A stretch of DNA of 64,000 nucleotides from Vicugna vicugna (lineage: Eukaryota), in assembly GCA_013265495.1 (NCBI GenBank), contig MU058636.1, positions 7,518,295-7,582,294 of the forward strand, read 5' to 3'. Below are positions 38,348 to 52,100 of the stretch, one piece after another. Made by a program: the position numbers and the translations under genes. Positions within the stretch are counted from its first letter, which is position 1, and each line of letters opens with the position of its first letter. A model generated the notes under the pieces. The model saw only the letters and a program-made list of their open reading frames with translations, had not been told where the DNA came from and did no database searches.

Positions 38348-38883
38348 AGTGGAATATTATTCAGTCTTAAAAGAGAAGGAAATCCTACCATTTGCAACAC
38401 TGGATAAACCTGGAGGGCATTAAGCTAAGTGAAATAGGCCAGAGAAAGACAAATATTTCAGTATTTCATGGCATCACTTATAGGTGGAATATAAGAGGGA
38501 AAAAAAGTCAAGAGCATAGGAACAGACAGTAGAATGGTGGCTGCCAGGGGCTAGGGGGTGGGAAAATAGGGAGAGGCTGGCAAAAGGACACAAACCTGCA
38601 GTTAAAAGATGAATAAGGTCTGAGGATCTAATGTATAACATGGTGACTATAGTTGATAACACTGTTTAGTATAAGTGAAATTTGCTAAGAGAGTAGACAA
38701 GTGTTCTCACACACCAAAAAGGTAAGTATGTGAGGTGATAGGTGTGTTAATTAACTCAATTGTGGCAATCATTTCATAATGTATATGTATATTATCACAT
38801 TGTACACTTTAAATATATTTTAATCTTGTCATTTATACCGCAATAAAGCAAAAAAAAAAAGTAAAGAAAAAGAAGAAAAAAAG
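37410..38883 (+). mobile_element. L1MA9-like element: ORF2 C-terminal region, 3' UTR and poly(A)
   Basis: Relic ORFs (KQWDYIKLKGFCTAKDTINKMK; MRYHLTPVRM...HCW...PAIPLLGI), internal (CA)n at about 38315-38345, AATAAA at 38842 and an A-rich tail. Confidence 0.92.
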
Positions 38884-40459
38884 ATGCTGAAAATTTTACT
38901 GAAACAGGTAACTGGCAAATCGATCAGTTAATTTTTCCTGACGTTGAAGAGGATACTGCCAGGTGGAAACAGCACATGAAATTGCTACTGATCTTAGTCT
39001 GAGAAACTTCCTTAACTTGTGGAGACAGACGGATGTTCAGAAAGGGACACAAATTTAAATAGCCTGTTTAAATGCTTTCTATGACAACTTAGGAAGCCAA
39101 GGGTAACTGGCCCAGGGCACCCAACCTGTTAGGAGTAACTAGTGTGGCTGTCTCCCCGGCCTGGCTGTAATCCTACTTCTGTCATCGTCTCCCTGGTCAG
39201 CAAAAAAAGAAAAAAATAGAGAAAAAACAGAGAATGACCCTACAGCCAGGGTGGTAGAGAAAGAAGTAATTCTTCCCTGGAGCAGTGGTTTGCTGAGCTG
39301 TAACTCTCCCGGGCCCAGGGGCAGGAACTGAACTTTTAACAACCTTTGGTTTCTAGATACAAAAGCACAGTGTGCAGGGAATTTCCACGTTGACTCACAG
39401 GCCACTCATAGAGCTGGGGCACGTGCCTCCCACATGGCTGATGGACCCAATTACTAATCACTGGCCCCCTATCAATGACAGCAGGGGGTGGGGTGGGGGG
39501 AGACGCTGGGCGCCCAGCTGTCAGGCCCAAGGGCAGAAGTCATGACAGAGTCTCCCCAGAGCAGGAGGGAACTTCCAGTGTCAGCGCTGCAGCCTGGTCA
39601 TGCCCCCCAGCCCAGCACTGAGCGTGCCAGCAGGCTGGCAGGATCCACAGCCTGGCTGGTGGGGAGGCACTGTAACAACCACATGCCGCGTCTCCCCCAG
39701 GCTCCCCACGTGCCCACCCTCCAACCCTACCAGGGCCTCCTCCGGGCTCCTTCTAACTCAGAACTGGGCTCCACAACAGCTGCTCATCTCCCTTGAGATG
39801 CAAAAGGTCTAAGTGAATAGGAGAAGGGATTGCATATTCTATGCAGGAATTCACACCCAAGCATAATTTTCACCACGTGATTGGATTAGGGGACTACAGA
39901 ATGCCCAAAGCCTTGTAAATAAATAGCTATGGGGGTTTAAACTGTCAAAATAAGTTATGACCTTCCTGACCCCACATAACATTACACCTATGTTTTGAAG
40001 AAGTGGGGAGAAAAAAGCCCTTCATGACTATCTTAGACTCCCAGTCATTAGGTCTATTAATTTGCTATTTTCTTTCTCATCAATACAATTGGCTTCACCG
40101 TGTGCTTCCCTGGGAAGCTTTTGTAATTAAGGGTCTCTGGAACTTGGAGTGGATAAAACAGTCAACGCCAGCATGAAAAACCTGAGTTACGAGAAGACAC
40201 ACCCCTGTTAAAAAAAAAAAAGGTTTTAAATTCCAAAATTTCCCAAATTACCATTTTTTAAAACCAGCGAAGGAGGAATTTGTAGTGGAAAAGCAACACT
40301 GTGCTGCTGGTAATGGATGAATATTTGATCTTAATCAATCTCTCAAACTTCAGCTTTCCATTTTAGGTTCTGAAAAAACACCTTCTAGAAATCTTGACTT
40401 TGCCAGCTTGCCCACAGGCACTGCAGCAGGTGCCTAGGATCAGGCTGCCCATAGGGAAG

Positions 40460-41060
40460 GGCCAGACCTCTTTAGGGAGGAAGCCTCTGAACAGTGGCCT
40501 GAATGAAATAAGTTAGCCGAGCAAACCTGGGGAAGAAAAAGCTTCATTCAGAAAGAACTGCAGACAGAGTCCTCGAGGTGGGCTTGTTCAGGGAACACCC
40601 AGGTGACCACTGGGACCGGAGCAGGGCGATGGAGGGGAAGAATTGTTCAAAATGATGTGGGAAGGTTGCAAGGACTGCAGTCACACGAGTTCTCTCAGAC
40701 GCATGGTAAAGCACAGGATGTTCACCGAGTGAGATGAGAGGCCACTGGAGGTATGCAAAAGGATGACATCTGATTTGATTATTTAAAAGGTCACCCGGCA
40801 GCTGCGTGAAAAACCAGGTTGTGGAGGGACAGGGGTGGAAGCAGGGAGACCACTTAGAGGCTGGTGCAATAACCTGGTGGGGAGATACTGGGGTGAAGTG
40901 GTCAGCTGCTAGTAACGTCATGTCAAGCAGATGGAGGGTGTGAGAGAAAGGGAGGGGTCAAGGATGACTCAGAGTTTTCCAGCGCGGAGAGGAACGGATT
41001 TGTTTTTCACTAAGAGAGAGGAAGAGGAACGGTTGGGAGAAAGGTAATCAAGAGATCAGC
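40460..41060. mobile_element. L2 LINE fragment
   Basis: gagtgagatgagaggccactggagg...gatgacatctgatttga...ttaaaaggtcacccggcagctgcgtg...ggaagcagggagaccacttagaggct...gtcaaggatgactc. Confidence 0.7.
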
Positions 41061-42944
41061 TTTTGTTTCGCTTTAACCCCATCCTCTCTTTAATGCAGTC
41101 TTTTCACACAGTACATCAACTAGCCCCCAGCCCTTTTGACCATCTTCTCCTTTGACCCTATACGACTCCTCCCGCCAAACCTCTCCCTTTCATAATTATT
41201 CTGCATCTTCTTTATATTCCCATTATGCTGGAAAATTTTGCCAAACATTACTTTCAGAAGTTGGTATCATAAAAACATTGGGATTTTTCTTTATCTTGGT
41301 CACCAGCCACTGAGAATCACTGCTCTCACCTGAACAATGAATTCCTGTCTTCTATGCAGGCTAAGGAGAAAGGGAGAGACCTTTAAGCCCTTTTAGGCCA
41401 GGAACTTTCTGCTCCTGCAGGAGGGTCAGGCTGGAGAGAAAGGCCCCAGGACGCTTCCTGGGAAATAGGGATAAACACCTCCCTCATCCGATCTCCTCGT
41501 GGCTCCCTGGCGTCACTGTTCGATCAGATCTCACCCAGGTTTGCTGTGAAAATGGTGGCCGCGATCAGCATGAGGTGTCGCGAGTAGCTTATTACTAACA
41601 GTAAGGAGAGGCTTGCATATTATTTATTTTTTAAAAAGTGAATTGGAGCCAACTAAAATGTGTTCCTGTATTACTGTCACTCTCCTTTGCATTCTAGACA
41701 GAGAACAGGGTGCAACTGCCGCTGGCTCTGTGTGAGGAATGTCAGAGAATCTTGAGCATCTCCTTGAGAGAAAAGGTGAATGGCAGCCACTGTGTGGTCG
41801 GCAGAAAAGAGACTGAGGGCTGCTGACTTAGCTTCGTAAGGACAGCAGTGTGCAGGGACTTGGAAGAAACAGAGGATACCCTCCCTGTCTTTGCAGACCT
41901 GGAAATTGTATTCGAGACGCCAGACGTAAAGAGACAAAGGCCAGTCTATTGCTAGCATTTCCTACATCGTGGGCTGCTGTGTTCATAGACCTGCTGCTAC
42001 TCTGTCAGTGATCACCCTCTCCTCTCTTAAAACCCCCTATCCCCCACCTCCACACACACACAGGAGCAGCGGCCATCAGCAAAGGCACTGACTGGTGCCT
42101 TGAGCAGGCAAGGAGTGGAACAAAGCAGCCTGAGGAAGAAGCAGTGGCAGCTGCTTACCCAGTAGGATTTGTGGGGAGTGAGCTATTGGCACAGAACTTA
42201 CTCGGCCCCACAGGCCTCAGATGGGAACAACAGCATCACCACTGCTGACAGTAATAACAGCAGCTAACACACAACACATGGTTCCTGTGCGCCGAGCCCA
42301 CGCGCTCATTTAATTTTACTGCAACCTTGAGAGGCAGGTCCTATGAACTTCACTTTCACAGATGGGGAAACCAAGGCACAGAGGGGCAGGGTAACCTGTT
42401 CCTCGTCACCCACTGGTACATGATGGAGGTTGGACTTCATGGGCAACCTGGCTCCAGACTCTCGTTTGAATCACTGTCAGAAGATGCAGGCAAAGGAACT
42501 GTCTCCAGTAGGTTGGTAGAAAAAATAAACATCGAGCAGTCGGTGTCGAGACAGCAACACCCAGGCTTTTGGTTACCTTAGCAAGACCATACTGGGGGCA
42601 AAAACTTGTAGAAGTGGTTTACGAGAGAATTCAAGACAGGAATTTGAGCCAAAAAGTAAAACCTTTTTGAAGAATTCTGCCCCAAAGGGGAGCATTTCTT
42701 TAAAGGTGGTAGAAGTGGAAAATAAAGTAAGCAAAAACAAAAGGCCCAGGTATATGCATTAGCAGGAAGTCTTTGACTGGTAAATAAGTGGGAGGATTGT
42801 ATTTGGTACACCTCTCATCTTTGAATATCAACATTGCATGAGGCAGGCCTCCAGGTTTCCCCACAAAAATACACATCAGTGCCACTACCCTGGGCAGAGA
42901 AATGCTCTGATATTATTTGTCATGTTCCTAGAGGTACTTACTTT

Positions 42945-44315
42945 CACATATTAACCTTTTTGGTGAGAACTTGAAAAAGTTCTCTCTTAGCAAATTTCAG
43001 TTATACAATGTGGTCTTATTAGTTAATATTCACCATGCTACACGTGAGCTCCTCAGACCATATCCATCTTCTAACTGAAAGTTTGTATCCTTCTGCCAAC
43101 CTCACCCCCATTTCCCCCACCCGCAGGCGACCACTCTTCTACCTTCTTGTTCTGATGAGCTTGACACTTTTTTAGACCCCACATTTAAGTGATACCTCCA
43201 AGTATTTGTCTTCCTCTGTTGGCTTATTTCACTTAGCATAATGCCCTCCAGGTTTATCCACGTTGTCATAAATGGCAGGAGTTCTTTTTTTAAAAAATGA
43301 ATACTATTCCATTGTGTTTGGGGACAGGATTTAGGGGGGTAAATATACATATGTATATATCTATATACATTTGTATATTTGTGTGTGTATGTATATGTAT
43401 GTGTATATATACATATATACATATATGTGTGTGTGTGTATCCCTCACAGATATAGCCAAGGTATGGAAACAACCTAAGTAGTTTGATATAGTCGTTAGAT
43501 ACAGATACAGACATCTCACATCTTCTCTATCCATTCACTGTTGACAGACACTTAGGTTGCTTCCATTCCTTGGCTACTGAGAATAATGTTGCAATGAACA
43601 TGGGAGTACAGACATCTCTTCCAGATAATGACTTCATTTCCTTTGGGTATTTACCTAGGAGTGGGATTGCTGGATCATATGATAGTTCTATTTTTAAGTT
43701 TCTGAGGAACTACCATACTGTTTTCCATACTGGCTGCAACGATTTCCATTCCCACCAACAGTGCACGTGGATTCTTTTCTCCACATCCTTACGAGCATTT
43801 GTTATCCCTTGTCTTTTTGATAATAGGTATCCTAACAGGTGCACGTGTACCTCTCATTGTGGTTTTGATTTGCATTTCCCTGACAATTAGTGATGTGGAA
43901 CACTTTTTCATGTACCTGCTGACCCTTTGCATATTTCCTTTGGAAAAAGGTCTATCCAGATACTTTGCCTTTCTTTTAATTGGGGTATTTATTTGCTCTT
44001 GAGTTGTATGAGTCCCTTATATATTTTGGTTATTACCCCTTATCAGATATGGTTTGCAAATATCTCCTTCCATTTAATAATCTGCCTTTTCGCTTTGTTG
44101 ATGGTGTCCTTTGCTGTGTAGAAGCTTTTTAGTTTGATGTAATCCCACTTGTTTATTTTTGCATTTGGTGTCAAATCCAAAAACGCATTGCAGAGACCAA
44201 TGCTGAGGAGTTTACCCCCTGTATATTCTCCTAGGACTTTTACAGTTTCAGATCTTATATTTAAGTCTTCAATGCATTTTGAGTAGATTGTTGTGTATGG
44301 TTTAAGATAGGGGTT
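42945..44315 (-). mobile_element. L1MA9-like element, 5'-truncated
   Basis: Relic ORFs INKWDYIKLKSFYTAKDTINK and LPFMTTWINLEGIMLSEISQ on the minus strand. The 3' UTR motifs mirror 38400-38750, with an internal TA/TG microsatellite. Confidence 0.9.
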
Positions 44316-46597
44316 TGTCATGTTCCTAGATTTAAAATCATCCAAGACCAGCCCCATTTTCTGTCTAGGGTGCTGTGAAAACTAACATGGAACCAAATAT
44401 TTGGAACTCAGTAAAAGTGTTAAAACTTCCATTTCAAAAGCTGAGAATTTTCAGGACCAAGAAAAAAATGTACAGTCATAGCTGAAGACCCAACCACAGG
44501 TAATCCTTGGTTTCAACTAGGTCATCTGAAAACATCTGTTAACGTAGAAAGCAAATCTTTGTGATACCATAAATGCTAAGAGTAACAAGAATAAATGTAA
44601 ATAATACGCAAAATCATACAGCTGAGTAGTGTGTTATTGGATCTCCAATTATATCTGTCCAGGCGAATCCAGTTTCCACACTGCCTATCACTCAGCTTTT
44701 GGTGAGTTACTACTATCCTGTTCTTCCCCCTTGGAACTGAAATGAGTTTGATTTTCTAGCCTTGAGTTTACGTTCTGTTTGATGAAGTATTACTTTTAAG
44801 ACCCACAGTTGCAAAATATTGACAATGTCTATTTATTCCCAGCCATAAATTATCCTAATTTTGAAAATTTACAGTTGCTTCCAAAGGCTATTTTTGTTGT
44901 GAAGGTGTTAATTATTTTCTGGACCCAAATTGCCATAGCCGGCCTAATTATTGCAGATCCAACACTGAGCTCGGTTTATTATTGCTCCTTTGATTTAGCT
45001 CCACTGGGGGACTGACCTAAAATGCCTTTTCTTTTTAAAGCTGAAGAATTGAATAGTGTGACTGGATTGTTGCAGTAGCGCTCTATCCAGTCTCTCTGGT
45101 TTCATGTTCGCCCTCACCCTCTAGCCCACAGTCTGTTCCCAGGGTAGCAGTCAAGTGAACCTTTTAGTGCAAAAATCATGTGATGTTCCTCCTCTGTTAA
45201 AACCTTCCGAAGGCTTCATTTCACTCAGAAAAAATGAAAACATCCTTACCTGGACTTCTCAGGCCCTTGTGATCTGACCTCTGCTACCTACCACACCTTG
45301 AGTGAACCTCACCAACATAATGTTGGGCAAAAGAAAATACGATACACGGCATTATTCCAAAATAATTTTTTCAAAAACAGGCAAAGCAACGTGTTAAAAT
45401 AACAGTAGTTATTTTGAGGGAGGAGGGGATGGTAGTAAGTGGAAGAGGGAACAAGATTTCTGGGATGTGGACAGCGTTCTGTTCTTGAACTGGGGGTTGG
45501 TACATGGCGTGTTCACTTTATAGGTCATTGAGTTGTATACCTTGTGCACCTCCCAGCAGGTTACTTATACTCCAGTAAAAATACTTACCAGAGAGAAGAT
45601 AGGAGGTGAGGAAGTGAAGATGGAAAGTATGAAACAGTTCTTTCAAGAAGCTTTCCTCTAACAGAGAACAGAGAAATGGAGAATTAACTGGAAGAAAGTG
45701 AAGTCAAGTCAAAGGAAGACTTTTTGGTTTGGTTTGGTTTTTTTAAATGGGAGATCTTAAGGCATGTTTACTGCGCTATGGGATCCCCCCTGTTTAAAGG
45801 ACTATCCAGTGTTCCAGACGGAGACGGGGCAAGTGCCAGAGGAACCTCCTTGGGTAGTCAAGAGGGGGTGAGACTAGAAGGCAGCGGGGTACGAAGGATT
45901 CTGCTGGTAACGGCTGAATTCTGTAAGAAGAGCCTGGGTTCCGGGTAGGGTGGGAGACCGGGTCCAAAGAGCAGGTGTCAAGAGCGACACTGGTGGGAAA
46001 GTAACATCAGAAGCTTAGACTTCTGGCGGCCACTGTACTAAAAGGCAGGGAAGGAGTGACGGGAGCATTAGTCTCTGTGGCCTTTTCGGGGAAGATGGGC
46101 AGTCACTTCAGATTAGAACCTCTTTGAGGATTGGTTTTGATTTGTAGTGCAAGGGCATCTTGTGTTGTGACAGTAGGAAGAGAACACAGTGGCCTCCTTT
46201 ATGGTCCTCATGTCACCTCTGGAGGAGGACAAAGTCTTCAACTTATAATGAATTCCTAGATACAGAATTGTGGAATTCAAGGGATGTACGAAGAGGTGAT
46301 GCAAATTCAAACCCCTTTCCACTTGTATGACAGTCTGCCCCCACCCCCTTGCCAACACTGTGTTAACATTTATAACCTCTGTCCAATCTAGTAGGCGAGA
46401 AATAGCTCACTGTTTCATCAATGATTATTGAAAACGTCTTTTCATGTATTTACTTCTCTTATGTTTCTTCTTTATGAAATGCTGCTCATGACCTTTGCCC
46501 CTTTTTGTCTCTGGTTGCTTGTCTTTTCCTTATTGACTTAAAGAGTTCTTTGTATATTAGGGAAACAAGCCATTTGCCAGTCATATAGAAAATACGG

Positions 46598-46625
46598 GTG
46601 TGTGTGTGTGTGTGTGTGTGTGTGT
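46598..46625. repeat. (TG)n microsatellite inside an old L1ME-like relic (about 46300-46900)
   Basis: Direct reading of about 13 TG units. Confidence 0.9.
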
Positions 46626-47487
46626 TTAATCACGTGAGTCTGGGCCTCACTGTCATTCTTTAAAAGAAGTCATCACTTCAAGTTTATAAAAATATACATC
46701 TGTTTTCTTTAATGACTTTTTAGTTTCATTTTTTAATTCTTAAATCTTTAATATATCAAGCATTAATTTTGTTGAGTGAGACAGGAAGGCAGCTTTACTG
46801 CTGTTTTTACTTCCAGAAAGCTAGCAGTGGTCCCATCACTGTTTCTGGAATAATCTGCGTTCTCTTAACATACTTGAAATGCCAACTTTATCCTCCCCAG
46901 TTTTAAAAGTACTTACCGCTCAGCTCTAGACGAGGCCTCATCTGGACCCAGTCACAGGCTATCAGTCTAAGGACTGCTCTGGCCTCCTCAGCACACGGAG
47001 TGCTTGGCACTTACTCCACGGTTCTCACCTCTGAATCTGGGGTTGCGTGAATCTGACTCTCACTGTGTTTCCGTGTCTTTACTAAGATTAATTTCCTGCT
47101 TATTGCTATTGACTGGGAATAAATAAGATCAGCAAATAGTTAGAGCCCCCTTCCTCCATCTGTTATTAAAATAGAAATGTATTACGTTATGAAGCCTTTG
47201 TGAACTTCCTGGAAATGGCTGATCTTTGAAGATACTGGCTTATGGTAAATCATCCTTAAAGGGCTCACACGTTCTCTTCCTCTTGCTCCCTCTGTGCGTG
47301 CATTCCATGCAAGTACAATCTCCGTAGCAACATGATTAAAGCTACTCAGTTAACTGCCCTCCAGAAAGGATCCTATCACAATTATTAAAATAAAATGTAT
47401 GCTTTATGTATTTGTTTTCTGGAAAGTTCACGTGAGTGGGATTCTCAATGGCTGGCAAGGCTGGGTAACTGAGGCCTTGCTGTAGCT

Positions 47488-47586
47488 CTGTGTCTGTATG
47501 TGTGTATGTGTGTACATATGTATGTAGGTGTGAGTAGTTGTAGGTATGTATGTATGTATCTTTGTTGTATGTATGTAGGTGTAAGT
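47488..47586. repeat. Degenerate (TG)/(TATG)n simple repeat
   Basis: tgtgtctgtatgtgtgtatgtgtgtacatatgtatgtaggtgtgag...gtatgtatgtatgtatc...gtatgtatgtaggtgt. Confidence 0.8.
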
Positions 47587-47879
47587 GTTCTCTCAGTAAC
47601 CCTGCAGATCACACTTCACTTTTCACGAACGAGAAAGAGCACCGTGACCATCACACCGACAACAGCACCCTCCCCACTCCCACAGTTCCGAGTAGCCCAC
47701 TCTCACCTCTGCACTTACCCGCACCTCACCCTTAGTCTCATTGCTCTATCTAGTGCTTAGATGCTGAAGATTCTTTAGCCACAAGACCAAGACCTCAGCC
47801 GCCGGATCCCTCCACAGTGCCCCCCAACCCCTCCTTCGAAGCCAAGATTCTCTGGTTCTTCATTGCAGTGACTCCCTAG

Positions 47880-49170
47880 CCCCTACCTTCTCTGTCTAAA
47901 GTGCTCAGTGAAACTCCAGCTAAATCTCTGCCTATTCAAGCCGGCACCAGGCAGCTGAATCTGGAGGAAAACACAGGGACACATGCTGACTGGTCTCACT
48001 TTAGATTCACGGCTGTGTTCTTCAGGTGAGCTCTTGTGCTGAACAGCAACCCCCCGCCACACTGCCAGGGTTTATTCCCTCTCCCACTCTCCTAGAAATT
48101 TATTTCAAACTTCCTCCTGTCTTCTCCAACCTTCCACAACTCCCAGCATCACACCTGTCTCCGCGCCCGCATCCGAGCCCAGGTGCTGCCTTCCCTCCTG
48201 TTACCAGCGATGCTCTGTGCCTGCTCTCGCCCGAACAACCCTCTGGCTATTCAAGAACATTGGCTCCAGCAATTACCCTTTATCTCTTTGTCTGATAAAT
48301 TTTTCCTCCTTTACAGGATCACTGCGATCAGCATACAACCATGCAGAAATTTCTCCCATCTTAAAAGCACCCTAACTCCACATGCCCCCAGCAACTGCTC
48401 CATTCCCCAACCCCTCTTCGGAGCAAAACTCCAGTAAGAACTGTCTGTTCTTGCTGTCTCTTCATCTTTTCCCGTTTCCTCACGGACTCGAATCGGGCTT
48501 GTACCCTCACCAGGCCTCCAAAACCATTATCTTCAAAACTACTTTTCAGCACCCAAAATAAAGCACCATCAACAGTTGCCCAGATTGCGGAAAAGAGCGT
48601 TCTAACTGATCGACTTCTGCTCTCGTTCCCAGTCTCTGCTCTGCCCGTTCCTTTCAACATGCACGTCGTGTCCGCCCCTCCCCTGCTCTCTTCTCCACGA
48701 AACCAAACTCCCAACAGTGGCCTTTGAGGGTCTACATCGTGTTGCTCCCCGATCCCCTACTCCTTCACTCCACCCCAGCCTCACTGGCTGCCTTGTTTTT
48801 CTTCAAATACACCAAGCTCACTCCTGGCCCAGAGCCTTTCCAGTCCTTGTGCCTCTTAGCCAGGAACGCTCTCTTCCCAGGTCACCACATGGCTTGCTCT
48901 TATTGCAGTCAAGTTTCTACCAAACTTAGCCAACTTCTCGAAGAATCTCCCCTGACCTCCATGTCTAAAATAGCATCCCAACTCTACCCTGCTTTCGCTC
49001 TCTTCCTTCTTTCAGGTATTTATCACAGCACACAGCTAGACGACCTGGCATCTTATATTTATTTAATGTATTTCCCTCTTAGAACCTAAGCTCCTTGAAG
49101 TTAGGGAGTTTGCTAGAACAGTGCCTGTTACATACAGGGTACTCAATAAATATTTGTTGGCTGAATGTAT
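47880..49170. mobile_element. Long L2 LINE fragment including its terminus
   Basis: Pyrimidine-rich L2 body ending ...aagctccttgaag...tagaacagtgcctgttacatacagggtactcaataaatatttgttggctgaatg. Other L2 termini lie near 1140-1420, 57100-57440 and 60330-60660. Confidence 0.8.
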
Positions 49171-52100
49171 CATGCAGATATATTTTCACAGCTGCAAAGA
49201 TACCATTGATGTTTATTGTAATATTGATCATAAAAATTAAAAATACAAAAACTAAATCTCTGTCATTGGGAAATAAATTAAATCTATTTTGAGATAGTCT
49301 TAAAATAGAACACAATGCCAGCTATTAAAAAGGCTAAAGTCTTGACGTTCTGTCACGGAAAATGTCCACAGATGAGTTAAGTCAGGAGGAAATAAGCAAA
49401 GAACAACAGAATAGGATTCCAATCCAATAAGAAATCTACGTGTCTCTCCAAGTGCATAGCTTAGTCTTATATGCGTAAATCTAGATGGAAACGCAAATTG
49501 TTAAAAGAGTGGTTACCTCCAAAGAGCAAGATTTCAGGGCAAGGGAGAGAGATTTTAACTCTATTTTATACACTTTTGTTTGTTTAAATTTTACAAACCC
49601 GTATTACTTTCATATTAGAAATTAAAATATCTATCAAAAGAAAGATACCAATGATTAACATTTGTTGACGTGTCTGTGGCAGGGAAGTGAACGCTGGGGC
49701 GGGGAGGTGAACAGTGGGACACTGCCTGCTTTTAGCAAAGAAGGGGCAGAGCAGAGCTGCTGCGAGGACTAGGCAAGGATCGGGAGCGACAGATATACTG
49801 GGCTCTGACCATGGAAAAGGTGGGATCCTCAGTGACATGTTGCAAGCATTTTCTCGAATCCTCAGAACAAATTTGCAAGTTAGACATCAGCTGCACAGAT
49901 GAGAAAAATGAGGCTCAGAGAATCTGTTTCTCAAGAGCGTTGAGTAAAGCCCAGAAGCACTGGAGCAGGGCTTCAGATCGATTGCTGCCTCTCAAGTAAC
50001 CCACAGCTGGGGTGTCACGGCGGGAGATGACCGACCCAGAGGTGGGCTCCTTGGTTCCCCAGCGGTATGAGGAGAAGCCACACAAACTTATTCCCTCCCT
50101 GCTCCAAAAATGCTTCCACCTGATGCTGGTGGGGAGGATGCTCAGTGTAGGTGTTCTGCCCTGCGCGGTGGAGAGTCAGGACTCCACAACTGACGGTCGA
50201 GGGTAAAGAACCCCCACAGCTCCCAGGAACCCCAGCACTGACTGTTCAGGATCCTGCAGAGCTGGGGAGAGTGACACGAAAGGACACTGAGAACTGGGAT
50301 TCTTCCTTCTCCTGTGCAGGTGGTGTCCTGGTGAGCAGGGGCTGCAGGAGGCGCAGGCGGCAGGTAACAGCAGCCACCTTTTGGGGGAGGCTCTCTGGCG
50401 TGCCAGGAACCCCACAGACGTTACCTTCAATCCTCAGAACCCAACTAAGTCAATCAATGTTGTGACCTCTAGTTTACAGAAGGGAAACAGGTGTAAGGAG
50501 GTAAATAAGTTACATAAACATATGCAGGTAAGAAGAGGCGGAACCGAGGTACGATCACACCATTCTGACTTCTAACCTCGTGCACTACGCTGCCCTTGGA
50601 TGCCCGCGGGGCCCATGTGTAAGGTCCTCAGCGCCCAGAGCCATCAGGCACTGACCAGGAGGAGGTAAGGGCCAGGGAAAGCTAAGAGACCGAGCAGCGT
50701 AGGGACACGAGGGGGGTCTGGGCTGGCGTGGGAGGAACACCGTCACCCAGGCCTTGCTGTGCCTCTGTTTACATGGTACGGAATCTCCACAAGTAGACAG
50801 GGAAAAATAATTTTCAGCTGGATGCCTGCCATGACTGGCTTGGCTTGGCCAACAGGATCGGATTAGTATTCTTGAACTTTCATTAGCATTTGAAGGAAAT
50901 ACCCAAAATGATACAAAGCCAATTCTAGATGAGACTTAACATTTTAACTCCAACGCAAATTTCTCTAATGCAGTTAGGCACCTCCTTTTTGCAAACTACT
51001 TTGGGCCTCAATAACCAAACCGCTTATACAAGCACCCTCAAGATCACCTCGGGGGAAAGGAGGCCAGAGGACACGGCTCCTTGTAGAGTTAATTTACATC
51101 ATTGGTTTTGGGCTGGAGAAGTGGGAGTCTTTTTCCCAGCCTTGGCTGGGCCAGGGCCAAGGGTGTAAGTGCAAATCCCTTAATATGATCTCCCTGTAAC
51201 TGCCTCTCGGGCTGACACAATCCTGCCCTGAGCAGCATTTTACTGCATCCTTTGTTGTAGGTTTTCCATTTTAGGGAGAATTGATAGCGAGACCAAGAAT
51301 AAACACTCTCTGACAGTCAGATTCTATGGCTAGGTTTTAAAAAGGACCTGGCCAGCAATAATATTTATATTGAAACTCAGCTCTTGCTTCACAGAGTGAG
51401 GGCACTGATGGTCAAGAAAGGAATTCCCTTCCCCATATACAATTCTTCTCACATGTCTCAAGAGAGCGGGAGAGTATCTGGAGTTCAGAGTAAATCCTGC
51501 AGTAGTTTCTCAGTTGCCTGAGATTAGGATTAACCCTTGAAAAAGTTTTTCTATGCCAAGATAGTATGTTTATATTCAAAATTTTCAAAACTCTATTTTT
51601 TGCTTCTAAAGAAAAGAAAATTACTAAATGATATCTCACCTCTTTCCCTTAACTCTGTCAGACACTTAGAGGCATTTTTGTCCAGGTCCTGACTCATTAA
51701 CCCTATAAAAGAGTTTAACTTCTTGTTACACAGAGAAAAAAAAAAAAGGTCTGGCATGTCTCCTTTAGCAAGATATTTTAAATCATTATTTTGCCAGTTA
51801 AATGCCATAAAGGGTAGTGCTCCAGTAGGAGATAAAAATCAATGCTTCAACCACACTGGCCTTCTTTTTTATTAGAGTAAATAAAATCTAAAAATATTAA
51901 AGAAAACAAGTGATCCTACAGGGAAGTGAATCTTATGGGGTTTTTCCACTCCTAACTTAATGCTTTAGAAACAAGAGATTCAAAAGTATTAGAATTCCAC
52001 AGCATAAGATTAGTATTATGTCCAAAGCAGTAGAGGGGGGAAAAGGTAAGTTTACTCTTATTTCTGTGCACCTATCCTAATATACACAGGGCTGTGGGAA

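Noticed and set aside
37527..38400. ORFs of 88-185 aa on both strands (also at 43102-44357)
   Set aside because: Frameshifted L1 ORF2 relics and their antisense readings; not host genes and not an active L1.
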